Program-made: the position numbers and the translations under genes
In this document: positions 40,059 to 50,642 of the stretch, in pieces
Layout: the number at the start of each line of letters is the position of its first letter
Numbering within the stretch: the first letter of the stretch is position 1
Assembly (NCBI GenBank): GCA_038886535.1
Contig: JAVZXS010000003.1
Location: 32,001-96,000, forward strand
DNA: 64,000 bases
DNA from: Candidatus Micrarchaeia archaeon
Lineage (GTDB): Archaea; Micrarchaeota; Micrarchaeia; CABMEP01
Reading direction: 5' to 3'
The notes under the pieces: model-generated
Database searches by the model: none
The model's input: the letters and a program-made list of their open reading frames with translations, nothing else
Told to the model about the DNA's origin: nothing

Positions 40059-42701
40059 TTGTTCAAGGTGTGTTTATTGACAGGAAAATTGAAGAATAAT
40101 GCAGGATTGGAAAAAAGTGAGCAATCTTATCAGTATTCTCTTCCTTTCTGGAAAATGGAAAGCGAAAATGTAATCAAACATTTCAATTCCTCAATAAATG
40201 GACTATCTGATTCTGAATCAAGAGATCGACTTATTAAATTCGGAAAGAACGAAGTGTTGGTAAAGGAGCATCACTTTCTTATTAAATTGATTTTAAGAAA
40301 TCTCTTTAATCCAATTACAATCGCACTTATCCTTGCAGGCTTGATTACATATTTCATAAACGACATTCAATCAGCTGTTATAATCTTTGCAATAGTTCTG
40401 CTTTCTTTAATCATTAATGTGGTACAAGAATACAGGTCACATAGTGCAATTGAGAAACTGAAGAAAATGGTCTCATTCTATTGCCATGTTATAAGAAATG
40501 GAAATGTAATAGAGATAGATTCAAGGGAACTTGTTCCTGGTGACATAGTCATTTTCACTGTCGGAGACAGGATTCCCGCAGATATAAGAATCATAGAAGA
40601 GAACAATCTTGCTATAGATGAATCAGTTATTACTGGAGAATACTATCCGATAAAGAAAACAGCAAAAGAAATAAGGAAACATAATCCCCTTCCTCAAGAG
40701 ATGCATAACATTGCATTTGCAGGCTCTATTGTAAAAGAAGGAAAAGGAAAAGGAATTGTGATTGCCACTGGAAAGCAAACCTTCATAGGCAAGACCATAG
40801 ATATAATGGAAGAGATAAAGGATGAAAGCGAATTTGAAAAGAATATGAAGGATTTCAGCCAATATCTTCTGAATATAATATTATTTGCATGCGCATTAAT
40901 TCTTATCCTTAATATATTTGTGGGGCACGACATTGTTGTTTCACTTATTTTTGCCGTTGCACTTGCAGTAGGTCTCATTCCTGAACCATTGCCAATGATT
41001 ATGACTTCTATACTTTCAAGAGGGGCAATGAAGCTTGCATCAAAAGGAGTGATTATAAAACGTCTTTCAGCTACTGAGGATCTTGGAAATATTGACATAC
41101 TTTGCTGTGATAAGACAGGAACGCTTACTGAGAATAGATTAAGGGTTTTGGATTCCTTTGACTATGAAGGAAATGAAACAAAATTACCTCTTGTTCTTTC
41201 AGCAGCATGCACTTCTGTAATTAAGAAAGATCATTCAATAAAGGGAAGCTCGATCGATGTGGCATTAAATCAACACCTTAACTTTAATTCAGAAATTAAA
41301 AAATTAGTTGAAAAATACAAGATTGAAGAGGTTATACCTTTTGATTACGAGCGACAAAGGATGAGTGTAGTAGTCAAATTTGAAAGAAAGAAGCTTCTTA
41401 TAGTCAAAGGTTCCCCTGAGGCTATTCTTTCAATTTCAAGATACGGGCTGCAGAATGGCCAGGCAGTCACAATAAGCAGAGTAAGAAGCAAGGCAATGGA
41501 GACATACACAAAACTGAGCGACCAAGGTCTCAGGGTAATAGCGGTAGGCATAAAAGAGATCAAGGCTAGCGCGAGTAAGCATAACTATTCAAAAGAAGAT
41601 GAGTCTGAAATTACATTCATCGGTTTTGTAAGCTTCATAGATCCAATCAAGCCAACTGCAAGAGAAACATTAAAGATGGCCAAGAAATACGGAGTTGATA
41701 TCAAAATAATAACTGGAGACAGTGCAAATGTTACAAAGACAATAGCTGAAAAACTCGACTTCCATGTAGATGATAAACAAATCCTTACAGGAAAGGAAAT
41801 AGATGAAGTTTTAAGGAAAAAAGATTTTGAACGTCTTGAAAACGCGATCATTTTTGCAAGAGCAACGCCAGAACAGAAGTATAAAATAATAAAGTTCCTT
41901 AGGTCAAGAGGCCATGTAGTTGCATATCTTGGAGATGGAGTTAATGATGCACCATCTTTGATAGAGGCAGACGTCGGAATTTCAGTTAATACAGGAACAG
42001 ACGTTTCAAAGGAGGCAGCGGATGTCATATTAACAAGAAAGAGCCTAAGATCTGTTTTCGAAGGCATAATAATTGGAAGAACATTGTTTTCAAATATAGT
42101 CAAGTATCTTAGAGTAACATTCGCAGGTAACTTCGGTAATCTCTTCACGATAGGATTTGCATCTGGCTTCCTGAAATTTATTCCTTTACTCCCTTCTCAA
42201 ATTTTATTCGTCAACTTCTTATCAGATCTTCCTGCTCTTGCGTTTTCAACAGACAATGTAGACGGGGATGATTTGAAAAAGCCAAGAAAATGGAGAAGTG
42301 ATCAGATAATTAAAAATGGAGCGATATTCGGTGCAATTAGTACAATTTTCGACCTGATACTCATTGTTTACTTAGTTTATGTACTGAATGTGTTTGATGA
42401 GGTATTTAGAACATTATTCTTCCTTGAAATAGTTTTGTCAGAGATTTTTGTAATCCTATTCCTTAGAACAACAAAGCCGTTCTTCTTTGCAGCTAGGCCG
42501 TCTGCAATTTTGATGGCTGCGCTTATTATTTCAACTGCAATCGGATTCATATCTATATTTCCACCTTTTGCTTCGTATTTTAATTTCGAAACACCAGTAA
42601 CTGATTTGATTCTATTCACAGTTTTAATCGCAGTCGGTTATGCATTGACAACTGAACTAGTGAAATACTTTGTCTATAGAAATCAGGAATTGAAGTATTG
42701 A
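40059..42701 (+). CDS. mgtA: P-type ATPase, MgtA-like (type IIIB)
   Basis: TGE, GLIPEPLP, CCDKTGTLT, PFDYERQRMSV, KGSPE, TGD, GDGVNDAP, NFGN, TDNVD; exact start uncertain. Confidence 0.8.
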   Translation: MFKVCLLTGKLKNNAGLEKSEQSYQYSLPFWKMESENVIKHFNSSINGLSDSESRDRLIKFGKNEVLVKEHHFLIKLILRNLFNPITIALILAGLITYFINDIQSAVIIFAIVLLSLIINVVQEYRSHSAIEKLKKMVSFYCHVIRNGNVIEIDSRELVPGDIVIFTVGDRIPADIRIIEENNLAIDESVITGEYYPIKKTAKEIRKHNPLPQEMHNIAFAGSIVKEGKGKGIVIATGKQTFIGKTIDIMEEIKDESEFEKNMKDFSQYLLNIILFACALILILNIFVGHDIVVSLIFAVALAVGLIPEPLPMIMTSILSRGAMKLASKGVIIKRLSATEDLGNIDILCCDKTGTLTENRLRVLDSFDYEGNETKLPLVLSAACTSVIKKDHSIKGSSIDVALNQHLNFNSEIKKLVEKYKIEEVIPFDYERQRMSVVVKFERKKLLIVKGSPEAILSISRYGLQNGQAVTISRVRSKAMETYTKLSDQGLRVIAVGIKEIKASASKHNYSKEDESEITFIGFVSFIDPIKPTARETLKMAKKYGVDIKIITGDSANVTKTIAEKLDFHVDDKQILTGKEIDEVLRKKDFERLENAIIFARATPEQKYKIIKFLRSRGHVVAYLGDGVNDAPSLIEADVGISVNTGTDVSKEAADVILTRKSLRSVFEGIIIGRTLFSNIVKYLRVTFAGNFGNLFTIGFASGFLKFIPLLPSQILFVNFLSDLPALAFSTDNVDGDDLKKPRKWRSDQIIKNGAIFGAISTIFDLILIVYLVYVLNVFDEVFRTLFFLEIVLSEIFVILFLRTTKPFFFAARPSAILMAALIISTAIGFISIFPPFASYFNFETPVTDLILFTVLIAVGYALTTELVKYFVYRNQELKY

Positions 42702-42784
42702 CCTCTATTTAATTAGCAATTTATAACATCCGGCCTTAAGCCTTAAACCGAAAAGTATATAAATAAGTTTTATGTTTAATTTTT

Positions 42785-44374
42785 ATGGCAAACGAAAACA
42801 TATCAAATGGTCATGTTGAAGATAAAGGTGATTCAGAGGTTAAATTTTCATCTAGTGTAGATGAAAAGAAAAAGGCAATCCAAAACAAAGTAAAAGAGAA
42901 ATATCAACCAAAAATAGATATGCTTACTACTGGAAAGGAAAAAGTGCAAAGATATGCAGAATCCCAAAGAAAAACAAAAATAGAGAATATTACTAAAGAT
43001 TATAAATCAAAAATTAGTTCTATTGAAGAGAAATATAAAAAAGCGGAGATGGAGCTTGACTCTTCAAAAGAGAATAAAATTAAAGAGATAATTAATTCTA
43101 TAGATTCATTTTCTCTGTCTGAAGATGAAAAAAAGAAAATAGAAGAGGCTCTGAACATTTCTTTTGAAAATGTAATCAAAGAAAAGAAAAAAGCAGAGAT
43201 GACAAAAGAAAAAGAAAGAGAAAAAGAGTTAGTAGAAAAAGAATATGAAGAATCTAAAAACAAAATTGAATATGAACATCTCTCATTTATTAATAAGTAC
43301 AATTCAATTTTTGATGATAGAATAAATAGGATAAAAGAAGAAATGAATAATAGAATAGATGAAATAGATTCTGATGTTTCAGAAGCAGATGTATCAATTA
43401 CAAAATTTGAAAGCGAATCCAATAGTAAAGTAGAAGAAAAGGTTGGAAATTCAGAAAATGGAAATGTTCAAAATATAAACGAAGAAGTAAAAACAGATAC
43501 GAAAGGAACTAATGTAGATCTAATAAGAAGGGATCTTATAAAACTAGTTGGAATAATAAGCATTCCACTTATCGGAATTAGTAGCGCATTGCTAATACCT
43601 GAAATAAAGAGAATTAATTCTATTAAACAGGAAACACGACAGGAAACACCTGTCAGGGTTAATAAGCCAATTTCTGATTCAAAGATACTAAATAACAAGA
43701 ATTCAACAATATATGTACAGACTTTACCAATAAAGATAGAACCTGGAGATATTTCAGTATCTACTCCACCAATTAAATCTAATGAACCAACCGTTTCTAA
43801 ATCAACATCTACTAAACCTGAAAATATTCCAGTATCTACAACACCCGTAGGCACTATTCAACCAAAAACTAAAGATAAATCAGTTAAACCAACAATAAGA
43901 TCTAAGAAACAGATTAATCCTAAAAATAACGAAATAATTAAGAAGTCAAATACTGCAAAGGCAGACCTTCCTTCACTACTTCTTGAATTTAAGAGATCAA
44001 TTATACAATTAAAAGAAAAAGCAGAAGAGCTTAAATATGATGGAATTCCAATAGCTAAAGGCTCTTCAAAATCACAAATATTGAAATTCATCAAAAAGAT
44101 TGAAGAAATGGATAAAAATGGTAAACTTTCTATAGAACAAAAAAGAAAACTCACCGTGCTTTTAAGAGAAATGGCAAAGAGCCTTGACATGTATGTAAGG
44201 AAAGAACAAGTCATAATTTCAACCATACCTGATGATATAATAGAGATAAAGCGTGATGTAGTAAAATACATAAAATGGTTATTGTCACAGAACATAAATC
44301 CAGATGCAATAGAATATGTAATAAAACAATGGGAAAAATCTATAGGTCCCAAGCATTTGAAAGCAGTTCAATGA
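42785..44374 (+). CDS. orphan coiled-coil protein with single TM segment
   Basis: Lys/Glu-rich helical N-half, TM LVGIISIPLIGISSALLI, Pro/Ser/Thr-rich linker; BRE/TATA at 42750. Confidence 0.7.
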   Translation: MANENISNGHVEDKGDSEVKFSSSVDEKKKAIQNKVKEKYQPKIDMLTTGKEKVQRYAESQRKTKIENITKDYKSKISSIEEKYKKAEMELDSSKENKIKEIINSIDSFSLSEDEKKKIEEALNISFENVIKEKKKAEMTKEKEREKELVEKEYEESKNKIEYEHLSFINKYNSIFDDRINRIKEEMNNRIDEIDSDVSEADVSITKFESESNSKVEEKVGNSENGNVQNINEEVKTDTKGTNVDLIRRDLIKLVGIISIPLIGISSALLIPEIKRINSIKQETRQETPVRVNKPISDSKILNNKNSTIYVQTLPIKIEPGDISVSTPPIKSNEPTVSKSTSTKPENIPVSTTPVGTIQPKTKDKSVKPTIRSKKQINPKNNEIIKKSNTAKADLPSLLLEFKRSIIQLKEKAEELKYDGIPIAKGSSKSQILKFIKKIEEMDKNGKLSIEQKRKLTVLLREMAKSLDMYVRKEQVIISTIPDDIIEIKRDVVKYIKWLLSQNINPDAIEYVIKQWEKSIGPKHLKAVQ

Positions 44375-44387
44375 TGAGTGATGCAGT

Positions 44388-46562
44388 ATGGATAAAATAA
44401 AAATAGATGCCAAATCATTAGATGAATTCAAAAGAGATGCATTTAGAAGGAGGATTATTGCAGCTTGTTTGGCAGAAGAATACTCAACAAAAACATCTGA
44501 AATTAAAAAGAAAATTGAGACTATTGAAATGAACACAGACTTAATAATTAGCTCACTTAAAAAAAGTAGAGAATATTATAAAGAATATATTACAAAGCTA
44601 GGTCAATTTAAAATAGAAAGTACAAATAAAGAGAGAGCTAATGAAATTGAAAAATATCTAAAAATATTTGAAGAGAATCATAAAAAGATTGATAAAGAAT
44701 ATGAAAAGCAAGTAAAGCAGTTAGATGAATTGCTTAAAAATAAACTAAAAGAAATTGAAGAAAAATATGAGTATTATTCATATGTTTTAGATCCAATGAA
44801 TAATCCTTCTTATTATCTCTTAGAGACTATAAGAGAGAAAGGTATTGATACGTCGTTTATTACAGGAAATAAAGATATAGATATGGAACTTGGAAATAAG
44901 TTATATGAATATAATAAAAAAATAAAAGAATACGAATCTCAGAGAGATAAAGAGAAGGAAACCGTTATTAACGATTTTATTAAGGCAAAGAGTGACTTAG
45001 AGATTAGGTTTAAAGAATTTAGAAAAAAAGTCGAAGAAAAGGAAAAACAAATTATCGAAAAAATAAATGAGAATTATGATAAAAAGATAAAAGAAATCGA
45101 ATCCGAGACGATTAATTCAATAAACTCAAAAATACAAAGTATAGACATTACCATCGCATTAATCGAAAATAAGAAAGAATCAACCATTTCAAAATTTGAT
45201 TCTGAAATAATTACATTAAAAAACGAATTCAAAGCAAAAATCGAATCCTTAATGCAACCACTATCTCCAATACCTGACGAATTGCTTTCAAAGTATATTT
45301 ATTGTAAGATTGAAATAAAGAAACCAGAAATCATTGAACAAAAGGCGGAGGAAGTAAAAGAAGAAAAGAAAGATACTGTAGAAAATAAAGATGAAGCAAA
45401 AGATTTAGAAGATACAAAGAATGCAGCAAGTCAGTTACAGCCTGTCATAACATCTGAAACTAAGGCATTATATTGGAATGCTAATAAAGAAAAAAGTAAG
45501 AAATTTATGGAGAAGCTTAATGCTTTTTGCAGATATGTGAGAACTGCATTTTATGCAACTGCTTTAAGCTCACTCTTCCTATTGGTTCTTAAGGATACAT
45601 TAAATACTCCAACAAGTCTTATTAGTAACAAATCAATTAAAGATATAACTTCTATTTCAGATACTGCTAAGTCAATTGGAAAAGAGATTAAAAAGAATGA
45701 AGATAGAAAAGGAACAAAAGATGAAATAACAGAAGGATCAAGAGAAAAGAAAAGTAATGTATTAAATCAAGAGATTTCAGTTTCTAATAAAGACGTAAAC
45801 GAAAAAGATAAAATTGATGAAGAAAAACACTTTGAAAAAATGTTTATTAGCATAGATAAAGAATTAGATGAATATAATGCAGCAAGGCTTAATTTTGAAA
45901 CTCAACTTGAATTATTTGAGTTATATGTAAAAGAAATCAAGCCTTCATTTGGTGAAGTGATAGGTGTTTCAAAGGGGAGAAAAGTTATTGCTAATGAGCT
46001 GCTTCAAAAGCTAAAAAGATTAGGATATGGTCTTTCAAAGGAAAAAATGAATTTAATTGCAGACGCTCTTAAAAATGCTAGGCTATACAACATTTCGGAA
46101 TTAAGGAAATATATAGATCAGATAATAAGTATGGATGAGGATCAACTTTTTGGAGTAGATCCAACTGGAAAAATAGTTCCAATACTACCACCTCCTAAGA
46201 TAATTCATAACCCAAAACAAGATTCTAATCCAATAATTAGGAAAGAAAAGGACACAATTAAGGTCAATCCATCTTCAGATACTATAAGCTTAAATATTAT
46301 TGATTCAGAAAATATTCCTAACGGTTCAGGTGAAAATACGGTAAATGAAGAAAATGTCAATACTATTAATCCAATAAGCGAGGACCCTAAATCATATATT
46401 GAAGAAAAAAACATGGATGATCAAGTTGTAAATCAAGTTGTAAAATATGAAGAATTAATTGATGCTATAATAATTTGTGAAAATAAAGCTATGTTTATAA
46501 AAGTACCAAAAGGATACAATATAAAAGATAACGATCCTTATATTTGCAATACTGAATATTAA
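44388..46562 (+). CDS. orphan coiled-coil protein with single TM segment
   Basis: ~290-aa coiled-coil-like region, TM AFYATALSSLFLLVL, charged C-terminal domain. Confidence 0.7.
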   Translation: MDKIKIDAKSLDEFKRDAFRRRIIAACLAEEYSTKTSEIKKKIETIEMNTDLIISSLKKSREYYKEYITKLGQFKIESTNKERANEIEKYLKIFEENHKKIDKEYEKQVKQLDELLKNKLKEIEEKYEYYSYVLDPMNNPSYYLLETIREKGIDTSFITGNKDIDMELGNKLYEYNKKIKEYESQRDKEKETVINDFIKAKSDLEIRFKEFRKKVEEKEKQIIEKINENYDKKIKEIESETINSINSKIQSIDITIALIENKKESTISKFDSEIITLKNEFKAKIESLMQPLSPIPDELLSKYIYCKIEIKKPEIIEQKAEEVKEEKKDTVENKDEAKDLEDTKNAASQLQPVITSETKALYWNANKEKSKKFMEKLNAFCRYVRTAFYATALSSLFLLVLKDTLNTPTSLISNKSIKDITSISDTAKSIGKEIKKNEDRKGTKDEITEGSREKKSNVLNQEISVSNKDVNEKDKIDEEKHFEKMFISIDKELDEYNAARLNFETQLELFELYVKEIKPSFGEVIGVSKGRKVIANELLQKLKRLGYGLSKEKMNLIADALKNARLYNISELRKYIDQIISMDEDQLFGVDPTGKIVPILPPPKIIHNPKQDSNPIIRKEKDTIKVNPSSDTISLNIIDSENIPNGSGENTVNEENVNTINPISEDPKSYIEEKNMDDQVVNQVVKYEELIDAIIICENKAMFIKVPKGYNIKDNDPYICNTEY

Positions 46563-46652
46563 CATCATTGTTTGATTTTTATCTATTTTTATCATTCTAA
46601 GTCAAATAGATCAAAACGAAACATTTATATACTTCTTTTTTGTTAATAATTT

Positions 46653-47786
46653 ATGGCAGAATTCAAATTTGAATGGGATCCTGAAGATAAGAATGAAAAA
46701 AAATTTAGAGAGCAATTTAATTTAAGGGAAGGAAGAGAGTACCTTCCAATGGAAAAAAATAATTATCCATTGATGCCTAGTAGTAAAGAAAAAATAGAAT
46801 CGAGCTTTAAAGAGTATCTGAATATGGATTATTCATATGAACTAGTTCAAGAAGTTCTTGAAGAGATACACCAGACTAAAAAATGTACACTAGAACAAGC
46901 TGATACACTTAATACAAATTTCGCAAAACTTCTTGTAGGCATTTATCAACTTAATAAAAGAAATCTACATTGTTACTACTTTAAAAAACTTAAGAATAGT
47001 GATTATGAAGTGTTAAATAGATCGCTGTTATCCCTAATAAATTCGAATTTAACATTTGATGATATATGTAATGATGCAGAAAACAATAAAGATGTTAAAA
47101 AGCAGATATATGATCTATCTGGTCCTGTTTTTAGGGAAGCTTTAAATAGAGATATCGAAGTATGTTTAAATCCTAGAAACGATGAATTCATGCATTTATT
47201 TGCACTTCAGACTTCTATTGCTTATGGATATATTATAGGCAGAGATCTTAAGAAAAGAATTAGATCAAATAGATACTTTACTTTTGAATTATTAGACGAT
47301 ATAGAGTATCAAGTGATTTCAGACATATACGGTATTTTCTCTTTAACCTACCCATATAATGGTTCAATTGAAAACTTCAATTTAAATGATTTATTCCCAA
47401 TCCAAAGAAAAATGACAAAATATGCAAATGAAATAAAGAAATTTATAGGTAAAGACTGGAAAGAAAAGGCAGATTGGTTAAATTCAAAACTAGAAGAAAT
47501 AGAATTACAAAAAAGAGTATTGACTACTGATGAAAAACAAATTTTTGAGAGTCTTTTATTCCAAATAACTCAAGAGATTAATGTGCCTCAGCAAGGTGAA
47601 GATTTAGAAACAACAAGGCAAAAATACAGAGACATAGTTCTTGATTCATACTTTAAGGTATTTTTAGCACATTATAGTGGGGATGTTTCTGGATATGAGC
47701 GGAACATGGAAGTAACTAAGAAGATGCTACTTAAATTAATATATATAGTAGATTTTGAAAAATCAAGAAAGGATGTAAACGAGTGA
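46653..47786 (+). CDS. hypothetical helical protein
   Basis: 377-aa ORF with BRE/TATA 35 nt upstream. Confidence 0.65.
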   Translation: MAEFKFEWDPEDKNEKKFREQFNLREGREYLPMEKNNYPLMPSSKEKIESSFKEYLNMDYSYELVQEVLEEIHQTKKCTLEQADTLNTNFAKLLVGIYQLNKRNLHCYYFKKLKNSDYEVLNRSLLSLINSNLTFDDICNDAENNKDVKKQIYDLSGPVFREALNRDIEVCLNPRNDEFMHLFALQTSIAYGYIIGRDLKKRIRSNRYFTFELLDDIEYQVISDIYGIFSLTYPYNGSIENFNLNDLFPIQRKMTKYANEIKKFIGKDWKEKADWLNSKLEEIELQKRVLTTDEKQIFESLLFQITQEINVPQQGEDLETTRQKYRDIVLDSYFKVFLAHYSGDVSGYERNMEVTKKMLLKLIYIVDFEKSRKDVNE

Positions 47787-47790
47787 GTTT

Positions 47791-48468
47791 ATGACACTAA
47801 AAAAAGATTGGAAGGATATTAAAAGAGAGATAGCAAAGCAAAAACAAAAAGAAGGTTCAGATCTCTTTCCAATCTATAAGGCTATTTGTGTTGAAGAGCA
47901 TAAAGATCTTAGAGAAATGGTATCTGTAAGATTGAAAGAGATCGGTAATTCATTCCGTGATTTTAAGATTCAATTCTCTATTTTAATATACAATAATGAA
48001 ATTCCGGGTGAGTTAATTAAAAATGGCGAAACTGATTTAGTTATTTTAGATTTAGACCAAAATCCTACAGATATAGTTAATATTGTAAGTCAAATAAGAA
48101 CATTTGGTTTGTACACACCTATAATTTTTGCCTCTGTAGAAAGAATGAAAGCTTATAGAGCTTTAAATCTAGTTACAGTTTCTGATCTAGCTCTATCAGG
48201 TAGAAGAGATGCTGTAAATGACAATAGCTATATATTAGCAATGAGGAAAATTGATGAGTACTTAATTTCACTTGAAAATAGCAAAGAGATAAAGTCAATG
48301 GATCGAATTTTATTTCCGATATTAAATCATTTAATATATCATGCAATTGATAAGCAAACATTGTATCTTTCAAAGGGACCGAGATTAATATCATCTGCAA
48401 TTTTTCGTGCAAAAGAAATAAAGAGGCATGTAGAGAGAATTCTTAATGAAAGAGATAAAAAATATTAA
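47791..48468 (+). CDS. receiver (CheY-like) domain-containing protein, degenerate
   Basis: AICVEEH..LR, DLVILDLD, IR......TPIIFAS pattern. Confidence 0.5.
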   Translation: MTLKKDWKDIKREIAKQKQKEGSDLFPIYKAICVEEHKDLREMVSVRLKEIGNSFRDFKIQFSILIYNNEIPGELIKNGETDLVILDLDQNPTDIVNIVSQIRTFGLYTPIIFASVERMKAYRALNLVTVSDLALSGRRDAVNDNSYILAMRKIDEYLISLENSKEIKSMDRILFPILNHLIYHAIDKQTLYLSKGPRLISSAIFRAKEIKRHVERILNERDKKY

Positions 48469-48573
48469 AATACGTTTTTTGACGAAGTTTCAAATTTTTT
48501 CAAAAAGATTTAAAAATTATTTCAAAAAATTATAAATAAAAATCTATTGCGCGAAAGCGCGGAGTTGATATAA

Positions 48574-48768
48574 ATGAAGAAAGACACATTGGGAATTATT
48601 GCCCTTGTCTTGACTATAATAGGAGGCATAAACTGGGGCTTAGTAGGTATAGCAAATCTCGACCTTGTTGCCCTGATATTTGGCTTCATGCCTCTATTGC
48701 AACAAATAATCTACATCCTTGTAGGTTTATCAGCATTGTATTTAGCATATGCTGAATTCAAGGAATAA
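48574..48768 (+). CDS. DUF378 family small membrane protein
   Basis: LTIIGGINWGLVG..DLVA.IFG..IIYILVGLSALY. Confidence 0.88.
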   Translation: MKKDTLGIIALVLTIIGGINWGLVGIANLDLVALIFGFMPLLQQIIYILVGLSALYLAYAEFKE

Positions 48769-48805
48769 TTTTTCCTTCTTTTTTTTTATTTTTTTTATTA
48801 TTTTT
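48769..48805 (+). terminator. archaeal oligo-T terminator
   Basis: Long T-runs immediately after the DUF378 stop codon. Confidence 0.5.
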
Positions 48806-48912
48806 GCATGTTCACTGGAAAAACACCATAGATAACTTTTTAAATATAATATATGTATTAATTATAAGAGGAAAACATGCATTAACGTGTTTTCTATTTT
48901 TAGGGTGAAAAT

Positions 48913-49086
48913 ATGGTAGTAGAGTATTCAGAATTCAAAGGAAATAAGCTTATAGTGCTTAAAAGAGATGAGAATGATAAGTATCCATTTCAGTTCGGCA
49001 AGTCAAAGGCAAGACTCATAGTGCAACACTTTGATGAAATAAAGGCATTTGCTGAAGAAGACTCTCAATCCGAGCTTTCAGAGTAA
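48913..49086 (+). CDS. small 57-aa protein (MVVEYSEFKGNKLIVLKRDENDKYPFQFGKSKARLIVQHFDEIKAF...), absent from the ORF track
   Basis: GGGTGA RBS, ATG 48913, TAA ending 49086; beta-beta-beta-helix pattern reminiscent of PC4-like proteins. Confidence 0.75.
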   Translation: MVVEYSEFKGNKLIVLKRDENDKYPFQFGKSKARLIVQHFDEIKAFAEEDSQSELSE

Positions 49087-49129
49087 TTATACAGGTACAG
49101 CATATAATAAAATTCAAAATTGATGGGAG

Positions 49130-49711
49130 ATGGCCGCTAAAACAAAATCGAATTTCGAGTTGCGTTTTTTCTTAGATCAATCTCTCGCAAAAAAACTTTC
49201 CTCTAGCTGGAAAAAAGAAGGGTATAAGACAAAGATTTACGCATTTTTAGATATCTATTTCAAGCACGAACGTTCAGCAAAGAAACTTGCCAAGATTAGA
49301 AAATGGAAAATCCCCAAATTTAAGCCAGAAGTGATATTCTTTGAGAGAAAGAACGGCGTTAAATCAGAGTCAAGAAAAAAGTTCAAAAATTTGCAAACTG
49401 CAGTTAATTTCTTAGAAAAGCAAGGATATGAAAAATATCTAGAAATCGAAAAAAAGAAAGGTGTAATCTTTACAAATAAATCGAAAAAGAAAGTCTATGT
49501 CCTAGAAAATATAAAGGGATTAGGCTGGTCTGGAGAAGTTGAAATAGCAAAAGATCAGAAACAGAAGATCAAAGATGAGATAGAATATCTAAAATCCCTT
49601 GGCGTAAGCTCCTTTACATTATCCTCAATGCTTGAAATAATGGAGCAAAAATTAGGGATTAAAAAGCTAAAAAAGCCAAAGATATATAGATATTCTCTAT
49701 TAAGGATTTAA
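49130..49711 (+). CDS. CYTH-like (triphosphate tunnel) domain protein, divergent
   Basis: FELRF, DIYF, KIR, ENIKGLGWSGEVEI. Confidence 0.6.
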   Translation: MAAKTKSNFELRFFLDQSLAKKLSSSWKKEGYKTKIYAFLDIYFKHERSAKKLAKIRKWKIPKFKPEVIFFERKNGVKSESRKKFKNLQTAVNFLEKQGYEKYLEIEKKKGVIFTNKSKKKVYVLENIKGLGWSGEVEIAKDQKQKIKDEIEYLKSLGVSSFTLSSMLEIMEQKLGIKKLKKPKIYRYSLLRI

Positions 49712-49747
49712 ATTTATTTTTATATATTCTTTAGAAATTTACGATCT

Positions 49748-50311
49748 TTAGAGTGTATTATTTAAATTTTCAGGTTTTATTTTTTCTCTTAGAAGCTTTA
49801 TTCGTACTTTTCCTTCCTTTACATTAAGTTCCTCTAATTTTATGTGTAATCTATATATCTTTTCATGATCAGGAATAACATAATCAAAGATTTCTTCTTT
49901 TCCTAAATTTACTTTTAGCTTTTTTTCATCTTCTCCACTACTTATCAAAAACACAGCACTCTGATCTTTAAATGTATATGAATAAGCAAAGAATGTTATA
50001 GTTAATTCATAGTATTTTATAGCCTCTTTAAACTTTATTTCCCTTGTTACATATTTATTATCATTTATCTCTTTTCCAATCACATCATCAATTACAACCG
50101 TCTTTGTAGAAGGAATTGGAACTTCTAAACTTGCCTTTGAATCAAACAATATTTTTTCAAATTCACGTATTCCATATTGCTTAACCGTTTCCATCTTTCC
50201 TTCCATTAAAGGTTCTTTTTTCGCATAGATGTTTGATTCAGCATTCACTCCAGATGCAATCATTGAATACAATACAATGCCAGTCGCACTTTTTCTAATT
50301 ATATTTTTCAT
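49748..50311 (-). CDS. secreted hypothetical protein
   Basis: Signal-like N-terminus ending GVNA-E; AGGTGA RBS. Confidence 0.6.
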   Translation of the reverse strand: MKNIIRKSATGIVLYSMIASGVNAESNIYAKKEPLMEGKMETVKQYGIREFEKILFDSKASLEVPIPSTKTVVIDDVIGKEINDNKYVTREIKFKEAIKYYELTITFFAYSYTFKDQSAVFLISSGEDEKKLKVNLGKEEIFDYVIPDHEKIYRLHIKLEELNVKEGKVRIKLLREKIKPENLNNTL

Positions 50312-50642
50312 TTTTTCACCTTTTTATTAGTTGAGATTTACATAGATTGAGATTTACAATAATATCCTTATTTATATCGCAATATGGTAAAAATAGATCT
50401 TTATAATTAAGTTAAAATCGGTAAATGTTATATAATTTTAAAGCTTAAAAATCTATCGCTACTAGTAAAAATCTGATTTATTTTTTAATTGCTTAATTAG
50501 TAAGATTTGTTTAGATTCTGTTTAAAAAGTATTATATTTAATAATCGTTATATTATGTTTAATAATTGATAAAATTCATTAAATTTTAGTATAAATCTAG
50601 AATATTATTTCACTTTGAAATCACAGTTTATAGGCAAAGAAA

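Noticed and set aside
48549..48560. GCGC-GAAA-GCGC tetraloop hairpin before the DUF378 gene
   Set aside because: Too small to support an RNA gene call; at most a 5' stabilising hairpin
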